Of a stretch of DNA of 64,000 nt, positions 61,941 through 64,000 are shown piece by piece. A program made the translations under genes and the position numbers. Under the pieces are notes generated by a model. The model was not told the origin of the DNA. It worked only from the letters and a program-made list of their open reading frames with translations, and searched no databases. Every line of letters begins with the position of its first letter. Positions within the stretch are counted from its first letter, which is position 1. This DNA comes from Ginglymostoma cirratum (lineage: Eukaryota), in the NCBI GenBank assembly GCA_024137785.1, contig JAHRHZ010000019.1, positions 28,924,293 to 28,988,292 of the forward strand. The letters are read 5' to 3'.

Positions 61941-64000
61941 TGAGCACCCTTTCATTTCTTCCCTCGCATTTTGTACGTGAGCAATATTTTGTTAGGGTGC
62001 AATTCATTTTCAATTTTCAAAATTTCAAATATAAATTTTCAAATGAAATCCTTTCCATCTTGACACTTTCTTATTTTCTTCATCCGTGTTAAGTTGGATG
62101 GTGTACTTTTCTCAAGTGCCCAAATTTGTTCTTTGTATTATGTACCAGTTTGTTATGCAAGTGGGGTAACTGTCGTGATATATTGGCAAGAAACATCCCT
62201 GATCCAATGCTGCCATTATAATTATGCCATGTTGGGATTCACCATCCATTGGAAATTGGTCCTTTGAGTCAACAGAAAATAAGAAGGGTGGCAAATAAAA
62301 CTAGCTTTCCATCTAATCCCATTGGATTCTCACTCTGAGAGTTAGGTTAAAATGATCATCTTATTACCTATTTTAGTATTCTTCAGGGTAGATAGCATTT
62401 TATTTTTGCTGGTGCCCTTTGTATTGAAACAGTAGAATTTGGACATTCATTAACTCTTCATCTCCAGATACCGAAAACTTCTTTGGAGCTATTCATTGCT
62501 ATCTTTATATGTCAAACCTCTTGTGGGAAACAGAATTGACTTTACCGTGCATCTTATCAGGACAATTATCAGTGTTTTGAAAATACATTCATATTTTGAC
62601 TTTTAGATTATTTGCCAATCTGTGGTGGAAATTTCAGCTTTCATTCATGAATATATTCTGAACACGTCATGAGAGTATTTTGTACTTACCGAATGGTTAT
62701 TAAAGGGGTGTGATGAGTAATGTTGAAAATGTACTTTATTCAGAAACATTGACCGTAAATGTGTGGGTAATTAGATGTGACTGTATGGGATATTTCACTG
62801 TAAAAGGCATATTTGTTTTCTCATTCATTGCAATGACGTCCACATAATTCTAATGTGGGAAGTTTTCAGAGGGACTGGTAATATTAATGTAAAGAGGTTC
62901 CATGGAGCTCCCCTCTTTGATAACTTTAGTACACATCCATGCTTATAATTCGACCAACATAACTAAATTCAGAATGCTCTTTCTGTTACATCTGTGTCTG
63001 AGATTCTGTTGAGAAGCATATTTCAGAAGCAACTTATTTTTGAATTTCTTAATGACAATGACTATGTGACCTTGAGCTTCTTCGATTTCAGTCAAGGCCA
63101 AATTGTTGATGTCTCAGTGGCTATTGAAGATGTTGTTCTGTAGGAAGTGTCTCACAGGATCAAATATGTTCCCCAATTAATTTAATTCCTTGCTCACCCT
63201 CTGCTCAGCTCAGCTCCAACCTCCATAAACGTAGTTTCCAATCCGGCACATTCAGAATAAATTCTCTCAAATTTAATTTAAATTTAGTGCTACTTGGTTC
63301 TTGAATTCATAACTGGAAACTGATGAATAGATTCCTAAATTCCATTGATGAATTATTGAGGCAACTCTAAGTTGCCGTACTAACAAAAGAGCAATAAACA
63401 ATTGGAATCATGTTAGTAGTTTTGCTGTAAATAACCCACATGGAAAAGGTACATCATCAACTGAGGCATGTAGTGATGCATAACTTTTAGTCAGACACAA
63501 AATAAAAGTACAAATGTATGCCCTTTTATACTGTTTCCATGTGAGTCCAAAAGGTACTATATTGATATCTTTCCACCTTCTGTGTTATCAGATATCATCT
63601 GTCACCACACCAACATTTTTAGCCATAGGTTGATTTGACCTGAGGTCACTTTGTTGTCATGCTGATCAGTTGACTGTGAATGCCCTTCTTGGACAGGAAA
63701 AATGAATTAGATTAAGGATGGTGAATTAATTTATCTATTTTTAACATTCATGATTTGAATTACAGCTCAGAATAATCTGTTAACCATTAGTGAATAGATA
63801 AGTTTGCTGTCCACATGGTGTGTGTTGCCTGAATATGTAGCATAACTTGGATATATTTTATGAAAATTTGCTAACAGAACTGAAATTTTTGTGTTATTTT
63901 AAAATTAAAGGTAGAGATACTTGAAAAATAAGAATTCATATCATGCCAAATCCTATTTGGTAGGAAAGAAATGTGTTTGTTCTGGATATCAATTGAATTG

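Overview
Eukaryotic vertebrate DNA, almost certainly an elasmobranch (shark). This is inferred from HE1-type V-SINEs, SacSINE1-type DeuSINE remnants, abundant CR1/HER1-like LINEs and Penelope-like elements (PLEs). I found no host protein-coding gene, rRNA, true tRNA or CRISPR array, so the window looks like a large intron or gene desert. The only recognisable ORFs are decayed retroelement pieces: CR1 RT and ORF1 esterase, and PLE GIY-YIG endonucleases. The most interesting signals are: (i) at least 7 PLE-terminus minimal hammerhead ribozyme motifs from three sequence families, including tiny non-coding fold-back or inverted mini-elements with their own target-site duplications (TSDs); (ii) multi-level nested insertions that give a relative chronology; (iii) a 19-bp minisatellite with higher-order structure; (iv) several repeat-free, motif-dense candidate conserved enhancers; (v) a 400-N gap that may hide only about 8 bp. 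Repeat family names come from recalled consensus sequences, not database searches, and most boundaries are approximate.
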